Part shown: positions 1 to 10,504 of the stretch, piece after piece
Numbering within the stretch: position 1 is the first letter of the stretch
Layout of the letters: every line of letters begins with the position of its first letter
Origin: Bacteriovoracaceae bacterium
Lineage (GTDB): Bacteria; Bdellovibrionota; Bacteriovoracia; Bacteriovoracales; Bacteriovoracaceae
Direction of reading: 5' to 3'
Assembly (NCBI GenBank): GCA_041586955.1
Contig: JBFGZE010000002.1
Span: forward strand, 43,451-107,450
DNA length: 64,000 nt
Position numbers and translations under genes: made by a program
Notes under the pieces: model-generated
What the model was told of the DNA's origin: nothing
Database searches by the model: none
Seen by the model: only the letters and a program-made list of their open reading frames with translations

Positions 1-27
1 TTATTTTATCTAAAAAGGAAAGAAAGA

Positions 28-702
28 ATGAGCAAAGTGCTATTGGTTGAAGATGACGTTAATCTTGGAGACTCTTTAAAGGACTTTTTAACAAGAGAAG
101 GGTTTTCGGTAACTCTATGCCGGACTCTGAAAAAAGCTGTGGATGTTGATATCAATCCATTGGAATTAATTATTTTAGATTGGATGCTACCCGATGGGCA
201 GGGGATCGATTTTTTAAAAGAAATACGAGGAAAGGGGAGTGACCTTCCTATTATAATGCTTACTGCACGTACCGATTTAATTGATAAGGTTTTAGGATTA
301 GAGTCTGGTGCCAACGATTACTTAACAAAACCCTTTGAGCCCCGTGAGCTATTAGCGAGAATTCGTGTCCAATTAAGAGATCAAGCTATTGGGAAAAAGA
401 GCGATGTTGACGACCGCATTAACCTAGGCCAGCTCATTATCGATCTTGAAAGGCGTGAGGTGAGGTTTGATAATGAAAAAGTCGAATTGACGAAAATGGA
501 GTTTGACTTTTTAAGGCTCTTGGCCGAATCTCCTAATCGTGCTTTTTCAAGGGAAGAAATTCTCAATAAGGTATGGGGCTATAATAATTTTCCGACGACT
601 CGTACCGTTGATACACATGTCTTACAATTGCGTCAGAAATTAAAAGATGAATTAATAGAAACAGTGCGTGGAGTTGGCTATCGTCTGCGCTTTGGAGATT
701 AA
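28..702 (+). CDS. OmpR/PhoB-family two-component response regulator
   Basis: Receiver motifs LLVEDD, LDWMLP, MLTA, GANDYLTKPF; winged-helix C-terminus (RTVDTHV...ETVRGVGY). Confidence 0.95.
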   Translation: MSKVLLVEDDVNLGDSLKDFLTREGFSVTLCRTLKKAVDVDINPLELIILDWMLPDGQGIDFLKEIRGKGSDLPIIMLTARTDLIDKVLGLESGANDYLTKPFEPRELLARIRVQLRDQAIGKKSDVDDRINLGQLIIDLERREVRFDNEKVELTKMEFDFLRLLAESPNRAFSREEILNKVWGYNNFPTTRTVDTHVLQLRQKLKDELIETVRGVGYRLRFGD

Positions 703-704
703 TC

Positions 705-1910
705 ATGACTCTTTCTCTCCCCATCGGTATTTTAAAAGATAAGGCCCGAGGCCCTCAAAATCATTTTGAGTATTTTGCTAAAGACTTTGAAGAGACACCC
801 CATGGGCTTCTACCCGGTGCTTGGATTAAGTTAATTCATCGCAAGAAAGAATACCTTGGGACATTTAATGCTTTTTCACAAAATCAGATTATCTGCCGAA
901 CCATGGGGGCCTTTCCTCATGGGGATTGGGTGACTGAGGAAGAGTTGGCCACTTCTTTTATTGAAACGCGTATCCAATTAGCGGTTCAAAAGAGATTTAC
1001 CTGGCGTGACTTTGATCGTGGTTGTCGTCTTATTTATGGTGCCAGTGACGGATTACCAGGCCTTATTGTTGATCTCTATCAAAATGCCGCTCTCATTCAA
1101 ATTCATAGTGCTGGTTTAGATCGTTTTAGAGAAAAAATAAAACTTGCCATTGAAAAACATATTCAAGCAAAAGCGGTTTTTTTAGATGATCCGAAATTGC
1201 GGGAAATTGAGGGGTTGCCACAATTTCCTGGAGATGATTTACCATCCTTTATCGAAGTTTATGAAAATGGGTGTCTTTTTAAATTAGAACAAGATATTTG
1301 GCAAAAGATTGGTTTTTATTATGACCATCGCTTTAATCGTAAGCGATTAAAAATGATTTTAAGCGAACTTAATTTTAAAGGGGAAACCGCTCTCGACTTA
1401 TTTTCTTATGTCGGTGCTTGGGGGTTTACTCTTTTAAAAGAAAAATTTATTAATCGCGTGGACTTTATTGATCAGGCGCATCTTGGGCCGACATTTATAG
1501 AAAATGCTAAACTCAATGGTTGTCTGAAACAGGCCCATTTCCATCGACAAGATGTTTTTTCTTATTTGGTTAAGGCCCATAAAGAGGGGCAGCGCTATTC
1601 ACTTATTATTTCAGACCCTCCTGCATTTTCAAAAACTAAAAAAAATAGAGAAAAAGCACTCCATGGTTATCGTAAATTGGCCAAAAATTGTCTTAAATTG
1701 ATTACTGATGAGGGGGGGGTTTTTGTCATGGCATCCTGTACCCATGGGGTCAGTAATGAGGATTTAGATCGACTGGTACAATTAGAGGCGGTAGACCTTG
1801 GCAGGCAAGTACAATTATTGGATATGGGACTACAAGGGCCAGACCATCCCTTTCAAGGCCTTAGTGGCGGATCTCTCTATATCAAGTCTCTTATTTATCA
1901 AGTCTTTTAA
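705..1910 (+). CDS. rlmI: RlmI/RlmK-type SAM-dependent 23S rRNA methyltransferase
   Basis: SDGLPGLIVDLY, QKIGFYYDHR, LDLFSYVG, DPPAF and ASCT motifs. Confidence 0.8.
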   Translation: MTLSLPIGILKDKARGPQNHFEYFAKDFEETPHGLLPGAWIKLIHRKKEYLGTFNAFSQNQIICRTMGAFPHGDWVTEEELATSFIETRIQLAVQKRFTWRDFDRGCRLIYGASDGLPGLIVDLYQNAALIQIHSAGLDRFREKIKLAIEKHIQAKAVFLDDPKLREIEGLPQFPGDDLPSFIEVYENGCLFKLEQDIWQKIGFYYDHRFNRKRLKMILSELNFKGETALDLFSYVGAWGFTLLKEKFINRVDFIDQAHLGPTFIENAKLNGCLKQAHFHRQDVFSYLVKAHKEGQRYSLIISDPPAFSKTKKNREKALHGYRKLAKNCLKLITDEGGVFVMASCTHGVSNEDLDRLVQLEAVDLGRQVQLLDMGLQGPDHPFQGLSGGSLYIKSLIYQVF

Positions 1911-1919
1911 TATGATCCT

Positions 1920-2666
1920 TTAAAGAGGCATTGAGCGATAATCGACATGTACTAATTTCCATAATTGAATTCGATGGGCCAGGGACATATCCTTAAAGCG
2001 GACACCTATACCACTGGGGAGCTGAGATTTTCCACCTCCTCCAAATCGGACTATTTCGGCTTCCATCGCTAATTCTCGTTCTTCAAGACCTAAATAGATT
2101 TTTAAGGAACTACCAGCTTCATTGGCGCTTAGCTGAATATTGGTATCAGCTTGGTCCTCTCCGATTGTCGATAAAAAGGCACCTGTACTGGAAATATCCA
2201 CAGTTCTGGCCAGCTGAGGTTTGCCATCTATTTCCAACCATACTGGTAGCGAAAGCTGTCGTCTCTTTGCCGGTTTCCACCATTGAAGGTGTGGATTTCT
2301 TAAGGCCTTCATTGAATCTTTTTGAAATACTCCGAGGCAGAAAACGGAAAAAAATAGGCCAGATATAGCGGCCTGCATACCTGAATAATCAGTTCCAAAG
2401 CGGTAGACAAGAAAATTATTAACAATCACTAACAAAACGGAAAGAGGTAAAGTAAAAAATAAGGCTTTATGGGCCTGGGCACTTAAGACAGCATTAATTA
2501 AACAAATGGTGATGACTGCCCAATTGGTGAGGGTTATTTTTTGGAGGACCATTGGCCAATCTTGGGGCCCGTGATTATAGAGTGCCATAATTTGGATGGG
2601 AATAGATAAGGCCACCATCACAAACACTAACGCAAATAATGTTAAAATAAACGGTCTCTTTCTCAT
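1920..2666 (-). CDS. Multi-pass membrane protein with C-terminal PilZ (c-di-GMP-binding) domain
   Basis: About four hydrophobic helices, then KRRQL, DISSTGA and GIGVRF PilZ motifs. Confidence 0.8.
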   Translation of the reverse strand: MRKRPFILTLFALVFVMVALSIPIQIMALYNHGPQDWPMVLQKITLTNWAVITICLINAVLSAQAHKALFFTLPLSVLLVIVNNFLVYRFGTDYSGMQAAISGLFFSVFCLGVFQKDSMKALRNPHLQWWKPAKRRQLSLPVWLEIDGKPQLARTVDISSTGAFLSTIGEDQADTNIQLSANEAGSSLKIYLGLEERELAMEAEIVRFGGGGKSQLPSGIGVRFKDMSLAHRIQLWKLVHVDYRSMPL

Positions 2667-2675
2667 AAAACTCTC

Positions 2676-3788
2676 TCATAAATGGGAAAAATGGTAGCAA
2701 TAACTTTGAATATTGCGCACGTATTTTTTCGCCTCTTTTAGTTTGGGCGCGTCTAACCAATTGCTTCCCAATTTTTTAATACTTTTTTTCACTCTGAAGG
2801 CGCCACTATTATAGCTCGCTAAGATAATTTTAGACTTTTCTTTCTCTGGATTTGGTAGATAATTTGTTACGACGTTGCGATTTTTCTTTTTCGCCCAATA
2901 CTTTTTGAGATAATGAATATAATTTGCGCCACCGCGAATTGAGTATTCATTATTAAGACGCCATTCATTAGTTTCATTGATTTGGCCGGCCCGAATAAGG
3001 GACTTGATTCGAAAGCTTCCCATCTTATTAATTTTTGGATAACGCGGCCAATGGGGATATTTTTCAATAATATGCTGTTCTGCCAAGGGTGTTACTTGTG
3101 TGAGTCCAATCGCCTTTGCCCAGCTGACGGCCATGGGGTTAAAGCTTGATTCTTGGGCGACTAATCCTGCCATTAGACTGGGGTTCAGATTTTCATCACG
3201 TGAAACAGTGGTTATTGTCTGAATCGTTTCATCTGGTGGATTGAAAGTTCCTGTGGAAACGAGAGGTCCAAAATTATCAATTGAGCATTCAGGGTTTTTA
3301 TACTCGGTTAAGAATCCATCCTCCATTTTGCTCGGACGGTAATGCACTAATAGTTCAGAGTCTTGATCAATTTTATATTTAAAAAAGCGAAAGCTATAGG
3401 TAATCGTATTTTTATCTTGGTCGATAGTGCTCTTAGCATGTCTTAAAAATTCATGAGTCATATCTTTTTTATCAAAAAAGATTTGAATTTGATGGTCAAA
3501 AGGAATGCCTGATGGGTCAAATATTGTAATCTTAAAATGATGAGACCGATGCCATAATTTACGGGAAGGAAAGAAATGAATTTGTGGTTCAAGTCCCGTT
3601 TCGTTTTGAGCATTCATTATGGCCGTTGGAAGGTGGCCAATTTCCATTCCTGCATCGGTCGGTGGATTAAATACATCAATTGCACCGAATGGGCTTATGG
3701 GGCCCGCGCAGCTAGTAAAAACAACAATGATAATGAATACAGGCCATGGTATAGTTGACACCACAACTCCTTTATTATGCCTAAGCAT
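2676..3788 (-). CDS. Lytic transglycosylase (SLT domain) lipoprotein
   Basis: Lipobox FTSC; AQESSFNP, AIGLTQV and ASYNSG motifs. True start is probably a GTG near 3761-3764 after AAGGAG. Confidence 0.85.
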   Translation of the reverse strand: MLRHNKGVVVSTIPWPVFIIIVVFTSCAGPISPFGAIDVFNPPTDAGMEIGHLPTAIMNAQNETGLEPQIHFFPSRKLWHRSHHFKITIFDPSGIPFDHQIQIFFDKKDMTHEFLRHAKSTIDQDKNTITYSFRFFKYKIDQDSELLVHYRPSKMEDGFLTEYKNPECSIDNFGPLVSTGTFNPPDETIQTITTVSRDENLNPSLMAGLVAQESSFNPMAVSWAKAIGLTQVTPLAEQHIIEKYPHWPRYPKINKMGSFRIKSLIRAGQINETNEWRLNNEYSIRGGANYIHYLKKYWAKKKNRNVVTNYLPNPEKEKSKIILASYNSGAFRVKKSIKKLGSNWLDAPKLKEAKKYVRNIQSYCYHFSHL

Positions 3789-4123
3789 AGATAAAGGTTA
3801 AGACTCCCAGGTATAGCTAACGTTCAGAAAAGAAATCTTAGTTACTCCTAGTTTAAAGGCGCACAGCGTTGCGAGCAATAACCTTTATTTTATAAGTCTA
3901 TAGATCGCCAAATAAAGCTTTTATTAACGAGCTAACTGTTTGATAATAAAGCTAAGTTATAAACAAAAAAAATGAATAGCGCGCTCGTTTTTTGACAAAA
4001 AGAGGGCCAAATTCTGCCCTCTATCCGTGGCGCTTTGTCTTTACTGAATAATTGTTGTCTGTGTAAACGTACTTTTCAATACTTACCTGACTTCATATAA
4101 TAAAATTAAAAGAGAGGGTAATA

Positions 4124-4513
4124 ATGACTCAAAAGAAGAAACCAACCAATGGTGAACTCGCGATCCGTACTTTGGCCATGCCGGCCGATACCAATCCTGA
4201 TGGGGATATTTTTGGCGGTTGGCTTTTATCCCAAATGGATATAGCTGGAGGGATTGTCACGAAGAAATTGACTCATGGAAGAACTGTGACAGTCGCTGTG
4301 GATTCCATGACATTTCACTTGCCCGTTTACGTCGGTGATGTTTGTTGTTGTTATGTGGAATGCCTTAAAATAGGGAGAACTTCTGTTCAGGTAAAAGTTG
4401 AGGCCTGGTGTATCCGTCAGTATAGTACCGAAAGGGTTCTCGTAACCGAGGGGATTTTTACTTATGTGGCGATTGATGATGATAAGAAACCTCGTGTGAT
4501 TAATAAGTCATAG
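4124..4513 (+). CDS. yciA: Acyl-CoA thioesterase (hotdog fold, YciA-like)
   Basis: MPADTNPDGDIFGGWLLSQMDIAG signature. Confidence 0.92.
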   Translation: MTQKKKPTNGELAIRTLAMPADTNPDGDIFGGWLLSQMDIAGGIVTKKLTHGRTVTVAVDSMTFHLPVYVGDVCCCYVECLKIGRTSVQVKVEAWCIRQYSTERVLVTEGIFTYVAIDDDKKPRVINKS

Positions 4514-4519
4514 AAATAA

Positions 4520-5239
4520 ATGGTGGTAGGAATGAATGGTGTTGAGTTTCGTGGAATTTCCCATTTCTATGGGCATAATAAGGCGGTGGATCAGGTCAAT
4601 TTTTCTCTGGCCAAAGGCCATATTTTCGCCTTGCTCGGACCTAACGGCGCTGGCAAAACAACATTGATCAAAATTTTAATCGGATTATTAAAACCCACCC
4701 AAGGAGAATGCTTCGTATGGGGCCAACCGGCAGGAGAGTTTTCCCATCGAAAAAGGTTGGCCTATTTACCGGAAAAATTTAATTTTTATCCCTTTTATAC
4801 TATTGAGAAGGCCTTGACCTTTATCGGCCGCTTGAGAGGCGTTACGACAGAAGAAATGTCCGAGCGATTAGATTTCGCCTGTGATAAATTTCAAGTTCAA
4901 GATATCAGAACAAAGAAATTACAGGAGTTATCCAAAGGCCAATTGCAACGAGTTGGTCTTGCCAGTTTATTAATGGGCGAGGCCGACCTTTATTTATTAG
5001 ATGAGCCTTTCTCGGGTTTAGACCCCATTGCTATCCGTCTGGTTAAGGATGCTCTTAAAGATTTGGGAAAACAGGGTAAAACCATTTTTGTGAATACTCA
5101 TCTTATCAATGAGGCCCAAACATTTGTGGATTCATTTGCAGTTCTTTATAAAGGCCAATTAATGGCACAAAAGGAATTAAGTGATCTGACGAATGGCGAA
5201 AGTATTGAAGACTTTTTTATGGATACAATTAAGGGATAA
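4520..5239 (+). CDS. ABC transporter ATP-binding protein
   Basis: Walker A GPNGAGKTT, LSKGQ signature, Walker B LLDEP. Confidence 0.93.
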   Translation: MVVGMNGVEFRGISHFYGHNKAVDQVNFSLAKGHIFALLGPNGAGKTTLIKILIGLLKPTQGECFVWGQPAGEFSHRKRLAYLPEKFNFYPFYTIEKALTFIGRLRGVTTEEMSERLDFACDKFQVQDIRTKKLQELSKGQLQRVGLASLLMGEADLYLLDEPFSGLDPIAIRLVKDALKDLGKQGKTIFVNTHLINEAQTFVDSFAVLYKGQLMAQKELSDLTNGESIEDFFMDTIKG

Positions 5240-5241
5240 TT

Positions 5242-6057
5242 ATGAAGTATATTTTATTAAACACCATACTTAAGGAGTACCGCTCAAAAACCTTAATTCT
5301 TTTTTCAATTTTAACAATGATCATTCTTCTTTTGGCAAATTCTCTTTTAGGTCTTGTCAAAGAGTCTTTCGATGGCGCTTTTTCGCCCGAAACTATGGGG
5401 GAGACATCAATTGGCATCTTCTTATGGATGATTGGGCTTTGGGGGCATTTTTTGAGCATTTATATTGGCTCTCGTCTTTTACCGACTGATATTGATGGCA
5501 AAATAACTCATTTCCTTTTATCACTACCTCTGCGTCCTTTTGATTACCTGGTTGGTCGATTATTAGGCGGTGTAAGTATCGTCTACTTCTTTTATGGTCT
5601 TTCTATTTTATTAGCATCTCTATTATTCTCCCTGACTCTTAAAATTCCATTGTTCAGTTTTGCGGCCTTAGGGGCCATTTTTTCTATGGGATTTACCTCT
5701 CTGGCGCTTATTTCCCTATCGATGACTTTTTCTCTATTTCTTGGGAGGATGGGAAGTTTTATTACCATGGTCTTTTTATTATTTGGAATCTGGATAAGTC
5801 GGTTTTCTGAACCTATTATATGGGAGAACTTTACTTCTGGTGCTATCTTTGAATGGCAGGGGATATGGAATATTATCAAAACTTTTGCCTTTCTTCTTTT
5901 GCCCCATTTAGATGTATGGGAGGCCTGGAACCGCCACTTGCTTCTTAATGGTGAATTTAATTTTTCTCTGGGCCTAGAATCTGTTCATATTTTAATGGTA
6001 CTGGGACTATGGTTCCTCTTGCTCCTTAAAATATTTCCGGCAAGGGTCAGGAGTTAA
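5242..6057 (+). CDS. ABC-2-type exporter permease
   Basis: About six TM helices, LLSLPLRP...YLVGR loop motif, 2 bp after the ATPase gene. Confidence 0.85.
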   Translation: MKYILLNTILKEYRSKTLILFSILTMIILLLANSLLGLVKESFDGAFSPETMGETSIGIFLWMIGLWGHFLSIYIGSRLLPTDIDGKITHFLLSLPLRPFDYLVGRLLGGVSIVYFFYGLSILLASLLFSLTLKIPLFSFAALGAIFSMGFTSLALISLSMTFSLFLGRMGSFITMVFLLFGIWISRFSEPIIWENFTSGAIFEWQGIWNIIKTFAFLLLPHLDVWEAWNRHLLLNGEFNFSLGLESVHILMVLGLWFLLLLKIFPARVRS

Positions 6058-6062
6058 AAAAA

Positions 6063-6902
6063 TTAGGGTATAAGAAAAGAGGCAAAAAGTGGATTATGAT
6101 CTGAGCCTCCGTCGGCCTCTTCGACATGAGATGCTGCTAAGGTCATGCCTTTATAGAGAATATGATCTAGTGCACGGCCAAAGTACTTTGTTCTTATGTC
6201 AGGTGAAAAGCGAGCTTGCTTGAGACTTGCTTCTCTTGCCATTTTGATTAAGGCCTTTGACCGATTGGCCCGCCAAGTATTAAAATCACCTGCAAAAATA
6301 ATAGGTCCGGTATGTTTTTTGACCTTGTCAAAAAGAATTACCATTTGTGCTTTCCACGAATCAAATTTAACAAAGTTAATAGCATGAACATTAATTACTA
6401 ATAATTTTTGCGCTCTATTTTTTAAAGAGTAGGTACTTAAAAGTGCCATTTTTGGTGTTTTGAAAATTGGTTCAGTGACGGGCGCGCGCAATGGTATCAC
6501 TTGTGCGCTCTTCGCCTTTGCAGCGGTTGCGACCCCTGTTTTTTCATTCGTGTCTTCAAAAGTAAAGGAGTAGGCAAAAAAGGTTTCAAAATTACGATCG
6601 CTGAAAAGTTCATAAAAAGATGGGGTCGTGATTGTTTCTTGTAAAATGAGAATGTTTTGTTGACCTACAATTTGTTGGTATTTAGAGTTAAAGTTATCGC
6701 CCTCCATCTTATAGATATTCCACACCATTATATTAAGATTAAGTGGTAAAGATTTATTTGAGGTGTTGCTAACCCTCTCCAAGCTATTGGCGATACTGGG
6801 GACTTTAATTCGATAGATACTACGTTCACCCGCCGTAGTTGTAAGGGTAAAAATCAATAATAAAATAGAAAACAGTGATAAATTAATTTTTTTCATATTC
6901 AT
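6063..6902 (-). CDS. Secreted endonuclease/exonuclease/phosphatase (EEP, YafD-like)
   Basis: Signal peptide; WNIYK, LQE, NVHAINF, GDFNTW, LDHI and SDHNP motifs. Confidence 0.88.
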   Translation of the reverse strand: MNMKKINLSLFSILLLIFTLTTTAGERSIYRIKVPSIANSLERVSNTSNKSLPLNLNIMVWNIYKMEGDNFNSKYQQIVGQQNILILQETITTPSFYELFSDRNFETFFAYSFTFEDTNEKTGVATAAKAKSAQVIPLRAPVTEPIFKTPKMALLSTYSLKNRAQKLLVINVHAINFVKFDSWKAQMVILFDKVKKHTGPIIFAGDFNTWRANRSKALIKMAREASLKQARFSPDIRTKYFGRALDHILYKGMTLAASHVEEADGGSDHNPLFASFLIP

Positions 6903-6924
6903 AATCGTATCTATTTACCCTATA

Positions 6925-7914
6925 ATGATGAGAAGGGCGTTTTTGAAAAGGTGCCAATGGTTTTTTATGAAAGCAAATTTAGAAGAAATTGGCCACGACT
7001 ACTTTAATAAACCTCTAAAAGAGGTGGAATTAAAATCAATTGTTCAGGTACTTCCTAACACGCCCGTGCCACAGGCGATCAAAATGATGAAGGATGGTGG
7101 TATTGGGGCGATTTTCATTTCCGAAAATGACCGATTATTAGGGGTTCTTTCTGAGGCGGACCTCCTTTATAAAATGCAACCTGGCAAAGATTGGACTGAG
7201 AAGCTAGTCCAAGAAGTGATGACTGTTAACCCTCTTTCGGTTGATATAGAGCAACATAATTTATCTCATTGTATGCAACTTTGCAGCCGCTATAGAATTC
7301 ATCATCTGCCGGTATTAAAAAATGGAAGCCCTCTCTACATGATTTCAATTCTAGATATTATGGGCCTTATCCGCGAAATTTTTCCTAAGAGTATTAAAGA
7401 GAAGGGTGTCGTTGATGAATTAATAAAGTTTGATGTTGAAGCTTGTATTGAAGGTTTTGATTTACCAGCGAAAAGTAAAGGTCAAGTTTCGGGTCGTCTA
7501 TTTTTGACCCCACTTAAGCGCCTGGTTTATAATCAACCTATTTTTTTAGATCATCAAGTACCTCTCAGCGAGGTGATGTTAACCTTGCAGGGGAAGAAGC
7601 GAGGTACCTGTCTTATAATGGAGTATGAAACTCGATTGAAGGGAGTTGTCACCGAGAGAGACCTCTTGTTTAAACTTTTTGAAGATGCCCCTGACCGCTT
7701 TAATCCAGGGTTGGAAGTCAAAGATTTTATGGCCCCAACTCCCCATTTATTTTTTACTAAAAATCACTTTGCTCATGCCATTAATTATATGGTCGAAAAT
7801 GGGCATGGCACTATTATTCTAGTTGATAAAGACAATTTTCCAGTAGGTCTTGTCAGTCATCTTGAGATTTTCCAATTCATTACCGACTATATTTTTGCCA
7901 AAGATAAAGCTTAG
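6925..7914 (+). CDS. Tandem CBS-domain protein (two CBS pairs)
   Basis: LLGVLSEADL, HHLPV, LKGVVTERDL and PVGLVS repeats. Start may be the ATG near 6968. Confidence 0.85.
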   Translation: MMRRAFLKRCQWFFMKANLEEIGHDYFNKPLKEVELKSIVQVLPNTPVPQAIKMMKDGGIGAIFISENDRLLGVLSEADLLYKMQPGKDWTEKLVQEVMTVNPLSVDIEQHNLSHCMQLCSRYRIHHLPVLKNGSPLYMISILDIMGLIREIFPKSIKEKGVVDELIKFDVEACIEGFDLPAKSKGQVSGRLFLTPLKRLVYNQPIFLDHQVPLSEVMLTLQGKKRGTCLIMEYETRLKGVVTERDLLFKLFEDAPDRFNPGLEVKDFMAPTPHLFFTKNHFAHAINYMVENGHGTIILVDKDNFPVGLVSHLEIFQFITDYIFAKDKA

Positions 7915-8086
7915 GGGAGCGGTGGCAACCTGGCGCAACTTGTCTTTGCAACCTTGGCCCTATAAAAAGGGCGTGAATAAGGCCTTTCACCAATCCACTC
8001 AGGTCCATTTCGATAATGAGAGCAGAATCTTTTTTTTGAGGCCGGGCACGAAAATTAACATTTAAAAAAGTGCTATGGAATGACAT
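7880..8086 (-). CDS. Small hypothetical protein (68 aa), divergent from the HTH regulator
   Basis: ATG at 8086 preceded by a strong RBS (CAGGAGG). Its 3' end overlaps the CBS gene convergently. Confidence 0.45.
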   Translation of the reverse strand: MSFHSTFLNVNFRARPQKKDSALIIEMDLSGLVKGLIHALFIGPRLQRQVAPGCHRSPKLYLWQKYSR

Positions 8087-8135
8087 TTGACCCTCCTGGG
8101 ATATATGTATTAATTGGTCAAGTCTTAGCTCTAAC

Positions 8136-8960
8136 TTGAACCCCAAGCAATACAATGATAGAAAGTATCAAAAAATGGTACTTTTTATGAAAAATGGCCC
8201 CACTTATTCATTATTAATTAAAGAACTCAAGAACATTCTCAAGAAGAAAGGGATTAAATACTCCCAATTGGCCGACCAGCTAAAGATGAGCGAATCTTCT
8301 GTAAAACGCTTGATGACGGCCGTTGATGGCCCGTTCTCTAAAATTGAAGCGATCTGTGAAGTGGCCGGCCTCTCATTTTTTGATTTAGTGGCCTTCTGTA
8401 AAGAAGAGAGGGCCATTAATTTTGTTTTGACGGCAGAACAAGAACGGTTCTTTTCCCATAACACCCATTATTTTTATTTTTTCCACCTTTTGCATGAAGA
8501 GAACTTCACCATTAAGCAAATCATGGAACGTTATCAGCTGAATCAACATTCTATTTCGCAATATCTAAAAAAATTAGAAGAATTAGGGCTTCTTGAGCGC
8601 CATCCGGGCGATAAGGTTAAAATTTTAGGTGAGGGTCGTATTACCTTTTCTGAAATTAATGATTTGGGCCGCTCGCTAATCAAATCATCGATGCATAATT
8701 TTGCAGAAGTGACATCCAACTTTGATGAACTAAAACGGAAGGCCGCAGGGAAAGAGCTGCATTTTGCTTTTGGTGAATATTATATGCGCCATGAAACTGC
8801 CGATCATTTTATCCAAGATTTGCGGAAAATTGAGGCGCAAATGGATGTGGCCAGCAGTCGAGAGGTTAAAGTCTATGAACCCCACGAACTGGATTTCTAT
8901 ACAAGTGTGGTGAGTTTTCTTCCTATGCGTTTCTATTATGAAGATTTACCGAATCTTTAA
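8136..8960 (+). CDS. Cro/C1-type HTH transcriptional regulator with a second HTH-like region
   Basis: LKKKGIKYSQLADQLKMSESSVKRL; later YLKKLEELGLLE. Start is probably a later ATG. Confidence 0.8.
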   Translation: MNPKQYNDRKYQKMVLFMKNGPTYSLLIKELKNILKKKGIKYSQLADQLKMSESSVKRLMTAVDGPFSKIEAICEVAGLSFFDLVAFCKEERAINFVLTAEQERFFSHNTHYFYFFHLLHEENFTIKQIMERYQLNQHSISQYLKKLEELGLLERHPGDKVKILGEGRITFSEINDLGRSLIKSSMHNFAEVTSNFDELKRKAAGKELHFAFGEYYMRHETADHFIQDLRKIEAQMDVASSREVKVYEPHELDFYTSVVSFLPMRFYYEDLPNL

Positions 8961-9110
8961 CTATGAGCGTTATTTCTTGCGTTATTTTAACAAGTTAAAT
9001 CGATTGAACAATAATGGTTTGACGCAATTTTTACAAAAGTTGGGTGGTTTAATTGACGGAATTGAATAGGTAACCTAAAGAGTTCTTAACAATAAATATC
9101 GAGGAATTTT

Positions 9111-10487
9111 ATGAACTTAGCTGGCGCCTTACTTGTCTTCCTTTTGGCCACCCCCATTGTACTGGCCAATAATAACAATATTATTCAATCAACTGATAAA
9201 AGTTTTTATATTGAAAAGTTTTATTATGAAGATTTTGTTTATTCACAAGGAAAAAAAACGGAATTAGGTGATCAAGTTGAGTTGGACGTCGCTTTTCGGT
9301 ATCAATATAGCAGCTCTACTTTTGCACGCATTCGCTTTGAAACAATACCTGAAGACAATCGCTTTAATAATAAAACGTCTAAGTTTGAGTTATTGGCCGG
9401 TCACCAATATGAAAATCTTAACTTTCAATTAGACCTGGAATTGGATGTCAATAATAGTTCAAGTGGAGGTCAAACACTTGGTCTCGATCTTGATAGTGAA
9501 TATACTCGTCTTCAATGGCAATTGAATAATAAAGTGTCCCTTTCATTCTACCCCTTTAATTTTGATGGAGAAGTTGGTCACAAATTCAATACATGGGACG
9601 TAACACGAATTAATTATATTAGTGGTGCCCCCTCGACCGTTTCAGAAACCCAAGGGACAAATAGTATTGTCAATAAAACGATTCCTGGCCTGGAATTAAA
9701 ATATCAATTTAATGACAGTTGGTCGGCCAATGTCGGACTTGGTGTAGCATCCTATTTATATCCAGCTAATGGTGACTTCGACATCCAAAATTTTCCAACT
9801 GCTACTCGCTGGGAAAGAAAGGAAGACTTTGGCCATAAACTTGGTGTTCAATACAAAAAAGAAAACCTAAAGTTGTCGGTTGATTACGTGGGCCATAGCG
9901 AGCCAAAAGAAACAGGAGCGCTTTTGGAAAATGCTTGGTCGGTCTATGGCATCGGTCGAACGTCACAGGTGTTAATTGAAGGTGAGTTTACGTTTACGAA
10001 AAACGGAAAGGAGGCCTGGGATATTGCCCGCGGGAGCGATTGGTTTAATAATACGACTACACCATTTATGCCTATTTATGCTGATTACGATGGGAATAGA
10101 CAAAATTGGCTAGGCCAAAGTGATTATGCCATAAGCACTAAAATTGGATACGAATGGTCTAAATCTACAACTCCTTATGTCACCCTTCGCTATCAAGGAA
10201 AAAACTTTATTTTTAGAGATGAAGAGTCGGCCCACCGTTTAAGAACCGCCGATGAGTCTCAATCTCATGGTGGTCTGATTCGCACGGGCCTTGGGACTTA
10301 TTTAAAATATGGAAACTTTACGGTCAATCCAGAATTAGAATATCGTAATGCAAAAAATCCAGTTTTCACCAACGCAGCTGATGAGGTTAGTAGTCAGCGG
10401 CTTCTGGGTAACTTCAAAAAGACAGATTACTTAATTACTTTATTTTTAACCTATGATTTCGATGGTCGAATGATCTTTGCTCCTTAG
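9111..10487 (+). CDS. Putative outer-membrane beta-barrel protein
   Basis: Sec signal peptide, many alternating aromatic beta-strands, near-terminal LFLTYDF strand; RBS GAGGA. Confidence 0.7.
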   Translation: MNLAGALLVFLLATPIVLANNNNIIQSTDKSFYIEKFYYEDFVYSQGKKTELGDQVELDVAFRYQYSSSTFARIRFETIPEDNRFNNKTSKFELLAGHQYENLNFQLDLELDVNNSSSGGQTLGLDLDSEYTRLQWQLNNKVSLSFYPFNFDGEVGHKFNTWDVTRINYISGAPSTVSETQGTNSIVNKTIPGLELKYQFNDSWSANVGLGVASYLYPANGDFDIQNFPTATRWERKEDFGHKLGVQYKKENLKLSVDYVGHSEPKETGALLENAWSVYGIGRTSQVLIEGEFTFTKNGKEAWDIARGSDWFNNTTTPFMPIYADYDGNRQNWLGQSDYAISTKIGYEWSKSTTPYVTLRYQGKNFIFRDEESAHRLRTADESQSHGGLIRTGLGTYLKYGNFTVNPELEYRNAKNPVFTNAADEVSSQRLLGNFKKTDYLITLFLTYDFDGRMIFAP

Positions 10488-10504
10488 TGGGCCAAGGGGA
10501 TAAT

